Part shown: positions 49,881 through 60,100 of the stretch, piece after piece
How the letters are laid out: every line of letters begins with the position of its first letter
Numbering within the stretch: position 1 is the first letter of the stretch
Assembly: GCA_016184115.1 (NCBI GenBank)
Contig: JACPDH010000080.1
Span: 6,116-70,115, forward strand
Reading direction: 5' to 3'
DNA: 64,000 nt
Source of the DNA: Acidobacteriota bacterium
GTDB taxonomy: Bacteria > Acidobacteriota > Thermoanaerobaculia > Gp7-AA8
Notes under the pieces: model-generated
Database searches by the model: none
Told to the model about the DNA's origin: nothing
The model's input: the letters and a program-made list of their open reading frames with translations, nothing else
Position numbers and translations under genes: made by a program

Positions 49881-51020
49881 ATGGCTCCTGATGCAACCTC
49901 GCGCGGCGAGCGGCTCTTGCGCTGGACTGCGCTCTTTACCTGGGCCGTAGTTACCTACCCGTTTGCGCGCAACGCTGCGATGTTGCCAGGGGCGCTCGCT
50001 CGTCCTGCGACGCTCCTTTCGCTTCTCTGCCTCGCGGGCTTTCTCTCGCTCTTTCTCGCCGGATATGCAAAGTTCCGCAAGCCGATCCAGCTCGCGATGC
50101 TGGTCGGCGAGTCGCTGCTCGGGCTCGCGCTCGTCACATTGGAACCTTCATCGTTCGCGCCGATCCTCGCCGTCATCGTCGCGGCGCAGGCGGCGAGCTG
50201 TCTCTCGCTTCCGCTCGCCTTCGCCTGGAGCGTCACACACGCGCTCGCGCTCTGGGCAATCTTCGCGCGAAGCGGCGAGTTCGGCTCACCGTTCGCCGTC
50301 GCGCTCGCGTACTTCGCGTTCCAGGCGTTCGCTCTGATCACGGCGCACACGGCCGAAAGCGAAGCGGATGCGCGACGCGAGCTCGAGCGCGTCCATGCCG
50401 AGCTCGAATCGGCGACCACGCTCCTCGCGCTCAACAGTCGCATCGCGGAGCGCACGCGCATCTCGCGCGATCTACACGATGTTCTCGGTCACCATCTCGC
50501 CGCGCTCAGCATCAACCTCGAAGTCGCGAGCCACCTCAGCGAAGGCAAGGCCCGCGAACAGGTCGAAGCGAGCCAGGCGATCGCCAAACGACTCCTCGCT
50601 GACGTTCGCTCGACCGTGAGCCGCAATCGTGTCGACGAGTCGATCGATCTTCACGGCGCCATTCATGCGATGGCCGCCGCGTTTCCGCGACCGCGCATCG
50701 AGGTCTCCGTCGAGGAAGGCCTGGGAGCAGTCGACCCCCTCACCGCGGAGGTCGTATTGCGCTGCTGCCAGGAGGCGATCACCAACTCTGCAAGGCACTC
50801 TGGAGCGCAGTCGATGTCGATCGTGATCCGCAACATCGCCGGCGCGATCGAGATCGCAGCGCGCGACGACGGCTCCGTCGCACCCGACGCCGAGCTCGAG
50901 CTTCGCTCGATTCGCGAGCGCGTCGCCGCTCGCGACGGTCGCGTCGTCGTCTCCACCGCAGGTCGCGAAGGCCTCTCGCTGACGATTACGATTCCGATCG
51001 CAACGGAGACAGGCGCATGA
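49881..51020 (+). CDS. Membrane sensor histidine kinase, HisKA_3 type (partner of a NarL-family regulator).
   Basis: Six TM helices. H-box RISRDLHDVLGHHLAAL. HATPase region present. Confidence 0.75.
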   Translation: MAPDATSRGERLLRWTALFTWAVVTYPFARNAAMLPGALARPATLLSLLCLAGFLSLFLAGYAKFRKPIQLAMLVGESLLGLALVTLEPSSFAPILAVIVAAQAASCLSLPLAFAWSVTHALALWAIFARSGEFGSPFAVALAYFAFQAFALITAHTAESEADARRELERVHAELESATTLLALNSRIAERTRISRDLHDVLGHHLAALSINLEVASHLSEGKAREQVEASQAIAKRLLADVRSTVSRNRVDESIDLHGAIHAMAAAFPRPRIEVSVEEGLGAVDPLTAEVVLRCCQEAITNSARHSGAQSMSIVIRNIAGAIEIAARDDGSVAPDAELELRSIRERVAARDGRVVVSTAGREGLSLTITIPIATETGA

Positions 51021-51658
51021 TCCGCGTCTGCCTCGTGGAAGACCAGCAGCTTGTGCGGCACGGCATCCGCACTCTGCTCAGCCTCGCGCCCGACATCGAG
51101 GTCGTGGGAGAAGCCGCTGATGGCGAGGAGGGGCTCGCCGTCATCGCCTCGACGAAGCCCGACGTCGTCCTTCTCGACCTTCGAATGCCGAAGCTGAACG
51201 GACTCGAGCTGCTGCGTCGCCTCCGCGAGCGTGACGCGCTCCCTCCGACTCTCGTGCTCACGACATTCGACGACGACGAGATGGTCTTCGCCGCGATCCG
51301 CTCCGGGGCGCGTGGATTTCTCCTGAAGGACGTCTCGCTCGACCGGCTGACTGACGCGATTCGGGGACTCGCCGAGGGAGGGAGCTGCATCCAGCCTGCG
51401 ATCACCGAGCGGATCATGCGCGCGATGGAATCGCGACAGCCCGAGTTCGAGAGTGGACTCGTCGTAGAGCAGTTGAGCGAACGAGAGATCGAAGTGCTTC
51501 GCCTCGTCGCTGCGGGCTACAGCAATCGCGAGATTGCGGACCTTCTCTCGATCTCCGAAGGAACCGTGAAGAATCACACGTCGAGCATCTTCGCGAAGCT
51601 CGGCGTACGCGATCGCGTTCGCGCGGTGCTCAAGGCGATCGACCTCGGATTGATCTGA
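51017..51658 (+). CDS. NarL/LuxR-family response regulator.
   Basis: Receiver domain plus a C-terminal HTH (LSEREIEVLRLVAAGYSNREIADLLSISEGTVKNH). Confidence 0.85.
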   Translation: MIRVCLVEDQQLVRHGIRTLLSLAPDIEVVGEAADGEEGLAVIASTKPDVVLLDLRMPKLNGLELLRRLRERDALPPTLVLTTFDDDEMVFAAIRSGARGFLLKDVSLDRLTDAIRGLAEGGSCIQPAITERIMRAMESRQPEFESGLVVEQLSEREIEVLRLVAAGYSNREIADLLSISEGTVKNHTSSIFAKLGVRDRVRAVLKAIDLGLI

Positions 51659-51672
51659 CAGGCGCCGACGCC

Positions 51673-52245
51673 CTACGCCTTCAGTGCGAGAAGCTTCTCC
51701 CTCGACGACTCGAAGACGTCCTTGTGAAGGCTCTTCCCGTGTGCGTCCATCGTGACGATCACCATGAAATCCTCGACCCAGAGATGCCAGATCGCTTCGG
51801 GGCTTCCGAGATCCATCCAGTCGACGCCGTCGACCCGCTTGATCCACTGCGCGCAGACCTGGGCCGCGCCGCCGATTGCATGCATGTAGACGGCGCCATA
51901 CTTCGCGCAGCCCTCGAGCGTTTTCGGCCCCATGCCGCCCTTGCCGATCACGCCGCGAATGCCGTAGTCACGCATCACTTCCCACTGATAAGGCTCTTCA
52001 CGTGAGCTCGTCGTCGGACCCGCCGCATTGCAGACCCACCGGTCGCCATCCTTAACCATGACCGGACCGCAGTGATAGATGATTTGCCCCGCGAGGTCGA
52101 CGGGCGGCTTCGTGCCGGAATGAATCCTGTGGTGCATCGCGTCGCGTCCCGTGTAAAGACGTCCCGTGATCGAGACCGTATCGCCCACGTTCAGGCTGCG
52201 AACGGTCGCTTCGTCGAGCGGAGTGGTGAGTTTGTAGTTGGCCAT
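51673..52245 (-). CDS. Fe-S hydro-lyase beta subunit (class I fumarate hydratase / L(+)-tartrate dehydratase beta chain).
   Basis: MANYKLTTPL…VGDTVSITGRLYTGRDAMHHR is characteristic of FumA C-terminal or TtdB. Confidence 0.8.
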   Translation of the reverse strand: MANYKLTTPLDEATVRSLNVGDTVSITGRLYTGRDAMHHRIHSGTKPPVDLAGQIIYHCGPVMVKDGDRWVCNAAGPTTSSREEPYQWEVMRDYGIRGVIGKGGMGPKTLEGCAKYGAVYMHAIGGAAQVCAQWIKRVDGVDWMDLGSPEAIWHLWVEDFMVIVTMDAHGKSLHKDVFESSREKLLALKA

Positions 52246-52258
52246 GATTGCTCGCTCG

Positions 52259-52280
52259 CTTGTTGGTTGTTGGTTGTTAG
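52259..52280. repeat. Solo heptamer array (GTTGTTG/GTTGTTA)x3 between the fumarase alpha and beta subunit genes. It has the same unit as the 7401-7575 element.
   Basis: cttgttggttgttggttgttag. Confidence 0.7.
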
Positions 52281-52285
52281 AGCCG

Positions 52286-53203
52286 TCAATACAGCCACGC
52301 GGCCGCACGACCGCTCGCCGCGTCGATCTCGACGCCGCGACGGCGATAGGCCCAGCACATGTATGCGATGCTGACGAAGAAGCTCGCGGGAAGCCGGTTT
52401 GCCTTGCCGATCTTGCAGGCGAGCAGCGTCGTCTTTCCTCCAAAGCCCATCGGGCCGATCCCCGACTGGTTCGCCTTGGCAACGACTCGGTTCTCGAGCT
52501 CGGCGAGCACCGGATCCTCGCTCGGCTCGTCGAGTAGGCGGAGCAACTGCTCTTTCGCCACCGCGTAACCACTGCCGCGATCGCCGCCGATACAGACACC
52601 GAGGATGCCTGGGCCGCAGCCCTGCCCCTGCGCCTGGAGGACGCAGTCGAGAATCGCATTCTCGACGCCGGCAAGGTCGCGTCCGCCGAGCTGCGGATGC
52701 GGCAGGCTGTACTGCGCGTTCATGTTCTCGCAGCCCCCTCCCTTGAGCATCACCTTGATCTCGACGTGCGGCTTGCGCCACTGATGGAAGTGGAAGACGG
52801 GCGAGCCCGGCCCGGTGTTGTCTCCGGAGTTCTTCCCCGTTAGGCTGTCGACGCTGTTCTGGCGGAGATATCCCTTGCGCGTCGCCTCACGCACCGCCTC
52901 GGTTGCTGCCTCTTCCAGCGTGAGCTGGTCGTAGCCGACCGGCGTGTGGATGTAGAAGAGGATCGTTCCGGTGTCCTGGCAGAGCGGTGCCGACTTCTCC
53001 TTCGCGAGGCCGATGTTGCAGCCGATGATGTTCAACGCGACCTCGGCGTTCGACCCCTTCTCCTCGCTCGCCTCCGCGGCCGTGACCGCGCGCACGACGT
53101 CGTCCGGAAGGATCGCGCTCGTCCGCCGGATCAGCTCCAGAATCGTCTCGTAAAGGGCGGGGTCGATCGCCGTCTGCTCCGCCTGTTGTGCCGTTGCGCT
53201 CAT
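52286..53203 (-). CDS. Fe-S hydro-lyase alpha subunit (class I fumarate hydratase N-terminal / TtdA-like).
   Basis: CQDTGT…, …GGGC…, …CIGGD… are cysteine-containing motifs of the class I fumarase catalytic domain. Confidence 0.8.
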   Translation of the reverse strand: MSATAQQAEQTAIDPALYETILELIRRTSAILPDDVVRAVTAAEASEEKGSNAEVALNIIGCNIGLAKEKSAPLCQDTGTILFYIHTPVGYDQLTLEEAATEAVREATRKGYLRQNSVDSLTGKNSGDNTGPGSPVFHFHQWRKPHVEIKVMLKGGGCENMNAQYSLPHPQLGGRDLAGVENAILDCVLQAQGQGCGPGILGVCIGGDRGSGYAVAKEQLLRLLDEPSEDPVLAELENRVVAKANQSGIGPMGFGGKTTLLACKIGKANRLPASFFVSIAYMCWAYRRRGVEIDAASGRAAAWLY

Positions 53204-53246
53204 AGCTTGTCTCCCGGTCGTTTACGGCGTGACACCCGCCTGGGGC

Positions 53247-53915
53247 TCACGCGAAATGTTCTCTCGCGCTGCGCAGCATTTCGCGCAGGTGCGCGACGTA
53301 CTTCTCCATCATCGGATCGAGACATGCGTCCGCCGCCACCCCTTCGTCGCGAAACCCGAAACCGCGGGGTCGCACTGCCTCGGAGAGCGCCACGTAGTAT
53401 TTCTCGATGCTCTCATCGGGCATGACAACTTCCCATCCCGTTCCGCCTAATCGGTCACCCGTGAAAAACGCGCGCGCGTTCTTCGGTGGCGCGCCGTAGC
53501 CCCGCCCCGCCGATCGGACCATGAGCTGTGTGATGACACCACCAGGCCTCGCGTCCTTGAGAACGAGCTGCCGGACTCGCTCGAAGTCCTTCATCGCCGG
53601 GTCGTCTCGCAGACCGGCCCAGTTCTGCTCGTACCAGTCGTCGAATCCCGGATGGCGGCGTCGAAGTGCCGAGATCGCGAGCAGGCATGCTCGTCCGAAG
53701 ACGAGGACATTGCGAAGGCCGGCGAGGCGCTTCTCCTTCGCGTCCGAGCTGAACCACTCGAGTCCCTGCTCCACAAGCTGGAGCATGTCCTCGCCCGACT
53801 CGACGAGCTCGGCACTGGTTTTCTCGTGCACCGCTGCGTTTCTCCAACGCCGGACTATAGCACCGGCCAGCCAGCCCTTACCGGTGACACGCAGCACGCT
53901 CCTCATGTCGTACAC
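53247..53915 (-). CDS. Hypothetical protein.
   Basis: 222-aa ORF with coherent codon usage and no recognised motif. Confidence 0.45.
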   Translation of the reverse strand: MYDMRSVLRVTGKGWLAGAIVRRWRNAAVHEKTSAELVESGEDMLQLVEQGLEWFSSDAKEKRLAGLRNVLVFGRACLLAISALRRRHPGFDDWYEQNWAGLRDDPAMKDFERVRQLVLKDARPGGVITQLMVRSAGRGYGAPPKNARAFFTGDRLGGTGWEVVMPDESIEKYYVALSEAVRPRGFGFRDEGVAADACLDPMMEKYVAHLREMLRSAREHFA

Positions 53916-53926
53916 GGGGAACGTTC

Positions 53927-54640
53927 ATGCCGTCGCCCTATCGGACTCAGGTTGCCCTTGCCTCTCCGAAATCCGATAATTCAGTCGCGATGCCATCCCT
54001 TGCCGACCGGCGCAGGTTTGAGCACCTGACGCTTCCGAAGCCGCTCCCTGCGAGATTCGGCTCGGAGAAGGTCTTCATCCTCGACCTCTCCATCAATGGC
54101 GCTCGGGTCGCGCATCAGCACCCCCAACTGGCGACCTCGTCAGAGTTTCTTCGTTTCGAGTGGCAGGGCGCCGAGCTCGCGTTCGAGTCCGAGGTCCTGC
54201 GGACATCGGCAGATTCGACGAAAATCGGAAGCACGACCGTCTGGGAGTCGGGGCTCTTTTTCCTCGAAGCTGTCGGGGGCTCCGACAGGACGATCCGCGA
54301 GCTCCTCGCCGACCAGATCCTCCGCGTGCTCGATGAGCGGAAAGCGAATGCTCGCGGCATCCCGCCGATCGCCGCGACGTACGTCAAGACGGGTGGCAGG
54401 GAAGGCGGATATGTCATCTGGAGGCTCGCCGGAGGGCAGTGGCGCTCGACGGCGAGCGAGAAGGCAGACCAGCCAGCCGACGGCTTCACCGTTTCGGCGC
54501 GCGAGTCGAGCGACCAGGTGCAGATGTTGCGCGAAACTTACGAGAACTCCGACTTCGAGGGACGCAAGATGATCCGCAAGATGGCGGAGCTCGCAACCTC
54601 GACTCCGGAAGGAGTCGCAACGAGGAAGTTCCAACCTTAA
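53927..54640 (+). CDS. PilZ-domain protein (the start may be the ATG at 53990).
   Basis: DRRRFEH (RxxxR) and DLSINGARV (DxSxxG) motifs. Confidence 0.6.
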   Translation: MPSPYRTQVALASPKSDNSVAMPSLADRRRFEHLTLPKPLPARFGSEKVFILDLSINGARVAHQHPQLATSSEFLRFEWQGAELAFESEVLRTSADSTKIGSTTVWESGLFFLEAVGGSDRTIRELLADQILRVLDERKANARGIPPIAATYVKTGGREGGYVIWRLAGGQWRSTASEKADQPADGFTVSARESSDQVQMLRETYENSDFEGRKMIRKMAELATSTPEGVATRKFQP

Positions 54641-54760
54641 AGACAAGAGAAAGGCGAAAAGAGAGCGCGGACCCTCTTGCAGTTCTCCCTTCCCCTTTTC
54701 CGTTCTCGCTTTTCCCTTCTCCGTTCCCTTTGCTCCTTCCTCCCTGGTCCCCCCTCCCAC
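54639..54760. repeat. Purine-rich arm (AAAGACAAGAGAAAGGCGAAAAGAGAGCG), a short spacer, then pyrimidine-rich heptamer-like array (CCNTTYT)x8. Imperfect inverted configuration.
   Basis: ctcccttccccttttccgttctcgcttttcccttctccgttccctttgctccttcctccc. Confidence 0.5.
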
Positions 54761-54780
54761 CTCGCGCTGCTCGCGGTATC

Positions 54781-56031
54781 ATGACGCTACCGATGAGTCG
54801 ACCGGGATCTTCAGCGGATCGCGCGGATGCCATCGCTGGCGCGGCGAGCGGCTTCAAGTCGTTCGAGACCGCTCTCGAGCAGGCCGCCGACGGGATCGCC
54901 CTGTTCGCGCCCGACGCGTCGGGAATCCTCACGGTCAGCTTCGCGAACGCCGCGCTCTGCCGCCTCTTCTCGCGCGCTCCATCCGAGATCGTCGGCATCG
55001 CGGTCGACGAGCTTGGCATTCGCGAAGACGGCGCGAAGAACGACGCGGTCCGCGAACGGCTTCTCGCAGGACAGCGAATCGCCGGCTCGGGCTCCCTTCT
55101 GCGGGCCGATGGTGTCCGCAAAAGCGTCGACGTGAGCATCGTTCCGGTGCGTGGCGACGGCGGCGACGTCTCTCAATGGATCGCGATCTTCCATGACCTT
55201 CGGGAAGTCGACGCTTCGTCGAAAGATGCGGTCGCGGCCGAGCTGGCCGCGCGCGCGGAAGAGTTGCGCGAGGCGATGATCTGGGACCATCTCGTCAACT
55301 ACTACCAGCCGATCGTCGACCTGAAGACGGGGATCGTCACACACGCCGAAGTTCTCGTTCGCTGGAATCATCCGACGCGCGGATTGCTCGGCCCCGACAA
55401 GTTCCTTCCTCTCGCGGAAGCCACGGGACTGATTCGCGACGTCACGATGTGGTGTTTCGAAGATTCGTTCCGGCAGCACCGTGAGTGGCAGAAGGCAGGT
55501 TTGAACGTCGGCCTCGCGATGAACCTCTCCCCGTCGAACCTTCACGACACCGCGATTGCCGAAACGATCACCGAGTTGCTCGAGACATCAGGAGTCGATC
55601 CAGGAATGCTCCGCGTGGAGATCACGGAGAACGCGATTCTCGACGACCCGACGCACGTGCTCGCGCTTCTCTCCCTCTTGCAGACCTTCGGCGTGTCGCT
55701 CTCGCTCGACGACTTCGGCACCGGTTACTCGTCGCTCACGAACCTGCGCGAGGTGCCGTTTCAGGAGATCAAGATCGACAAGTCATTCGTCCTTAACATG
55801 ATGGAGGAGGAGGGCGACCGCGCCGTGGTGCGTGCCGTGATCGACCTCGCCCACAGCCTCGGCAGGCACGTCGTCGCCGAAGGGATCGAGGACGAGCAAA
55901 CGCTCAATCAGCTGCGCAGCTGGGGCTGTGACTACGCCCAGGGCTACTTCATCAGCCGCCCGATCCCACCGGCACAGTTCGAGGTGTGGGCGAGAAACAA
56001 CCTGGCGGGAAAAGCAGGTCAAAGGTCATAG
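54781..56031 (+). CDS. PAS-EAL domain protein (putative c-di-GMP phosphodiesterase).
   Basis: EAL signature motifs (…EVLVRW…, …EITEN…, …DDFGTGYSSL…, …KIDKSFV…, …EGIE…Q…). Confidence 0.8.
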   Translation: MTLPMSRPGSSADRADAIAGAASGFKSFETALEQAADGIALFAPDASGILTVSFANAALCRLFSRAPSEIVGIAVDELGIREDGAKNDAVRERLLAGQRIAGSGSLLRADGVRKSVDVSIVPVRGDGGDVSQWIAIFHDLREVDASSKDAVAAELAARAEELREAMIWDHLVNYYQPIVDLKTGIVTHAEVLVRWNHPTRGLLGPDKFLPLAEATGLIRDVTMWCFEDSFRQHREWQKAGLNVGLAMNLSPSNLHDTAIAETITELLETSGVDPGMLRVEITENAILDDPTHVLALLSLLQTFGVSLSLDDFGTGYSSLTNLREVPFQEIKIDKSFVLNMMEEEGDRAVVRAVIDLAHSLGRHVVAEGIEDEQTLNQLRSWGCDYAQGYFISRPIPPAQFEVWARNNLAGKAGQRS

Positions 56032-56190
56032 GTCAGAGGTCAAGGCAGGCAGGAGTCCGGCGTGAAGGCGTTCGGTCTGCCGGTAAGGCATTGCTCTCGT
56101 CGATCACCGTCGTTCGACCACACCCCGGAGTCGGGCAGCCTTCCACTCCCGCTGCCTGCTATGACCTGTGACCTTTGGCCTGTGGCCTGC
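56015..56190. repeat. Inverted heptamer arrays. (AGGTCAN)x4 is at 56015-56053 and overlaps the stop of the EAL gene. (NTGACCT)x4 is at 56154-56190. They are separated by a ~100-bp spacer.
   Basis: caggtcaaaggtcataggtcagaggtcaaggcaggcagg … ctgcctgctatgacctgtgacctttggcctgtggcctgc. Confidence 0.75.
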
Positions 56191-56246
56191 ATTCAGAAAC
56201 TTCCCCACTCCGTTCACGTAGAGTGTCCCAACTCAGGAGGAATCTC

Positions 56247-57137
56247 ATGTCGCTTCAGCTCCAGATTTCGGGCCTCTCGAAGACCTACGCGAACGGCGTA
56301 CAGGCGCTCAAGGACGTCTCGTTGACGATCCCAACAGGCATGTTCGGCTTACTCGGGCCGAACGGCGCGGGCAAATCGACGCTGATGCGGACGATCGCAA
56401 CCTTGCAGGAGCCCGATTCCGGCTCGATCACTCTCGGCAACATCGACGTCGTCCGCCAGAAAGACGACGTCCGCCGCATTCTTGGCTACCTCCCCCAGGA
56501 GTTCGGTGTCTACCCGAAGATGTCGGCCGAGGCGATGCTCAATCACTTCGCAGTGCTCAAAGGGATTCACGATGCGAAGGCGCGAAAGGAAGTCGTCGAG
56601 GCGCTCCTTCATCAAACGAACCTCTGGGAAGTGCGAAAGCTCAACCTCGGCGGCTATTCGGGTGGAATGCGTCAGCGCTTCGGTATTGCGCAGGCGCTGA
56701 TCGGTGACCCGAAACTCATCATCGTCGACGAGCCGACCGCAGGGCTCGATCCGGGCGAACGGAACCGCTTCCACAACCTCCTTGCTGAGATCGGCGAGAA
56801 CATCATCGTCATCCTGTCGACTCACATCGTCGAGGACGTGTCTGACCTCTGCAGCCAGATGGCGATCATCTCGCACGGCCGCGTACTGCTGACGGGCGAT
56901 CCGGCGAACACGATCGACGAGATGAAGGGGCGCATCTGGAAGAAGACGATCGCAAAGCCGGAGCTCACCTCGTGCCAGGAGCGCTACGCCGTCATCTCCA
57001 CGCGGCTCGTCGCAGGACGCACGGTAGTACACGTGTTGAGCGAGAGCGATCCGGGTGACGGATTCGAACAGGTCGACCCGGATCTCGAAGACGTCTACTT
57101 CTCGACGTTGAGCCGCGCAGGCGAGATCGCGGCCTGA
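56247..57137 (+). CDS. ABC transporter ATP-binding protein.
   Basis: Walker A GPNGAGKST. Signature LSGGMRQR. Walker B IIVDEPTAGLD. RBS aggagg. Confidence 0.85.
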   Translation: MSLQLQISGLSKTYANGVQALKDVSLTIPTGMFGLLGPNGAGKSTLMRTIATLQEPDSGSITLGNIDVVRQKDDVRRILGYLPQEFGVYPKMSAEAMLNHFAVLKGIHDAKARKEVVEALLHQTNLWEVRKLNLGGYSGGMRQRFGIAQALIGDPKLIIVDEPTAGLDPGERNRFHNLLAEIGENIIVILSTHIVEDVSDLCSQMAIISHGRVLLTGDPANTIDEMKGRIWKKTIAKPELTSCQERYAVISTRLVAGRTVVHVLSESDPGDGFEQVDPDLEDVYFSTLSRAGEIAA

Positions 57138-57160
57138 CGGCCGAGGGACGGGAGCTCACG

Positions 57161-60100
57161 ATGTTCTTCGAAATCACCCGCTTCGAGCTGAGATTCCAGC
57201 TCCGGCAGCCGATCGTCTGGATCTCGATGGCGATCTTCTGCATTCTCACGTTCTTCGCCGTCACGACCGACAACGTGACGATCGGTGGATCGATTGGCGC
57301 GGTGAACCGGAATGCCCCGTATGTGATCGTCCAGATCCTCTCGATCATGTCGATCATCGGCGTGTTTGTGACGACCGCCTTCGTCGCGAACGTCGTGAAC
57401 CGCGACTTCGAGCTCAACACGCACTCGCTCTTCTTCTCGACGCCGATTCTCCGGCGCGACTACCTCGGGGGGCGCTTCCTCGGCGCACTTCTCGTCGCAT
57501 TTCTGATCTTCGTTCCAGTCGCCGGATCGATCTGGCTTGGCAGCCTCATGCCCTGGCTCGAGCAGGAGCGCATTGGCCCGTTCATGGCGGCGCCCTACCT
57601 TTACTCGCTCCTGTTCATGGTCCTGCCGAACCTGTTCTTCATGTCGGCGATCTTTTTCTCGCTCGCGGCGCTGACGCGAAGCATGATGTACACCTACGTC
57701 GGCGTCGTCGCCTTCTTCGTCCTCTACGGCGTGTCGCAGTCGATGATGGCCGATCTCGACAACCAGACGATCGCCGCGCTCGCCGACCCGTTCGGGCTGG
57801 CCGCATTCGAGCTAACGACGAAGTACTGGACCGTGTTCGAGCGCAATGCGCTCGTCCCCGCGATCGGAGGACCGATTCTCGTCAATCGCATCGTCTGGAC
57901 GATCATCGGTGCGCTCGTCGTCGTGTCCACCATTCGCTCGTTCAAATTCACGGCGACGCTGGAAGGAAGGAAATCCAGGAAACGCAGAGCGAATGCAGGC
58001 TCGAACGAAATGGTCACACACGTCGGGACCGACGGCCTCCAGCACCTCGCAGCTCCGCGCTCGTTCGACGCCGCCGCGCAGTTCCGTCAGTACCTTCGTC
58101 AGGCTTCGATCGAGCTCTCGTCGACGCTCACGAGCGCCCCCTTCATCGTCCTCGTGCTGATCGGAATCCTAAACATCATCGGGAACAGCCTCGCGCTCAA
58201 TCAGCTTTTCGACACACCCATCTGGCCGGTCACCTCGGCGATGATTCAGGTGATCAGCGGATCGTTCTTCCTCTACGTCTTCATCATCCTCGTCTTCTTC
58301 GGCGGCGAGCTCGTCTGGAAGGAGCGACAGCTCAAACTCAATGAAGTCTACGATGCTCTGCCTGTCCCTAACTGGGTGATCTGGGCATCGAAAATTACCG
58401 CGCTCGCGGCGGCGATCGTTACCCTCCAGCTCGTCGCGGCGCTCACCTCGATCGGCTTCCAGATCGCGAACGGCTATTCGAACGTCGAGATTCGGACGTT
58501 TGCACTAGGCCTAACTCTAGACCAGGGCGTGATCTTCTTTCTCCTCGCGGCGACCCTCTCGTTCTTCGTCCCCTCCGCCGCATGGGGCTCGAGCACGTGC
58601 TCTACCGCTACGCGCAGGTGCCGCCGAACCCCTGGTCCGACATGAACGGCTACGGCCATTTCATGCAAGGCATGATCTCGGTCTACGCCTATTGGATCGC
58701 GGTCGCGGCGATCCTCCTGGTCGTCGTCCATCTCTTCTGGGTGAGAGGGACGGAGTCGGCGTTCGCGACACGCGCGACGCTCGCACTTCGCCGCCTCACG
58801 CGCGGCTCGATCGCCGCGCTCACCCTGGCACTCGCCGTCGCGGCCTCACTCGGCGGCTGGATCTTCTACAACACAAACGTCGTCAACAAGTACATCACCA
58901 CGAACGACTTCGAGCAGTCGCAGGCGGAGTTCGAGACGAAGTACAAGAAGTTCGAGGGGCTCGCGCAGCCGCGCATCGTCGACGTCAAGGCCGACGTCGA
59001 TCTCTTCCCCGCGGAACGCGACGCGAACATCCGCGGCAGCTACCTCCTGAAGAACAAGACCGCGGCGCCGATCGGCGAGCTCCACCTCTGGCTCAGCCCG
59101 CTCGTGAAGGGGCGAACGATCGTCGTCCCCGGAGCGAAGGTGCGCGAGAGCGACGCGAAGTTCGGCTACACGATCTACACCCTCGCGAAACCGATGCAGC
59201 CGGGCGAGACCATGACCCTGACGTTCGAACTCGAAATTCGCAACGACGGCTTCACCAACAACCGCGGCGTCACCAACTTCGTCGAGAACGGCACCTTCTT
59301 CAACAACTACGAGTGGTTCCCCTACGTCGGCTACCAACCGGGGAACGAACTCGTCGACACGAACAAGCGGCGCAAGTACGGCCTCGAACCGATCCAGCGC
59401 ATGCCGAAGCTCGGCGATCCCAAATGGCTCGGCACCAACTACCTCGGCACGCAATCCGACTGGCTGAACTTCGAGACGACCGTCTCGACGAGCGCCGATC
59501 AGATCGCCATCGCGCCCGGCTATCTCCAGCGCGAATGGACGAAGGATGGGCGCCGCTACTACCACTACAAGATGGACGCGCCGATCCTCGGTTTCTGGTC
59601 GTACCTCTCCGCGCGATACACGGTGAAGCGCGACCGCTGGAACGACGTCGCGATCGAGGTCTACTACCACGAGCCGCACGCCTTCAACGTCGATCGGATG
59701 ATCGAATCGGTCAAGAGATCGCTCGACTACTACACGACGAACTTCGGCCCCTACCAGCACAAGCAGGTCCGCATCATCGAATTTCCGGGCTACGAGCGCT
59801 TTGCTCAGGCGTTCCCTAACACGATTCCCTTCTCCGAGTCGATCGGATTCGTCGCGCGAATCGAAAAACCCGAGGACATCGACTACGTCTTCTACGTGAC
59901 GGCGCACGAAGTCGCGCACCAGTGGTGGGCACACCAGGTCATCGGCGCCAACATGCAAGGGGCGACGGTCCTCTCGGAGACCCTCTCCCAATACTCCGCT
60001 CTCATGGTCATGGAAAAGGAGTACGGCAAGCAGACGATGAAGCGCTTCCTGAAGTACGAGCTCGAGAGCTACCTTCGCGGACGAGGGAGCGAGCTCGTCG

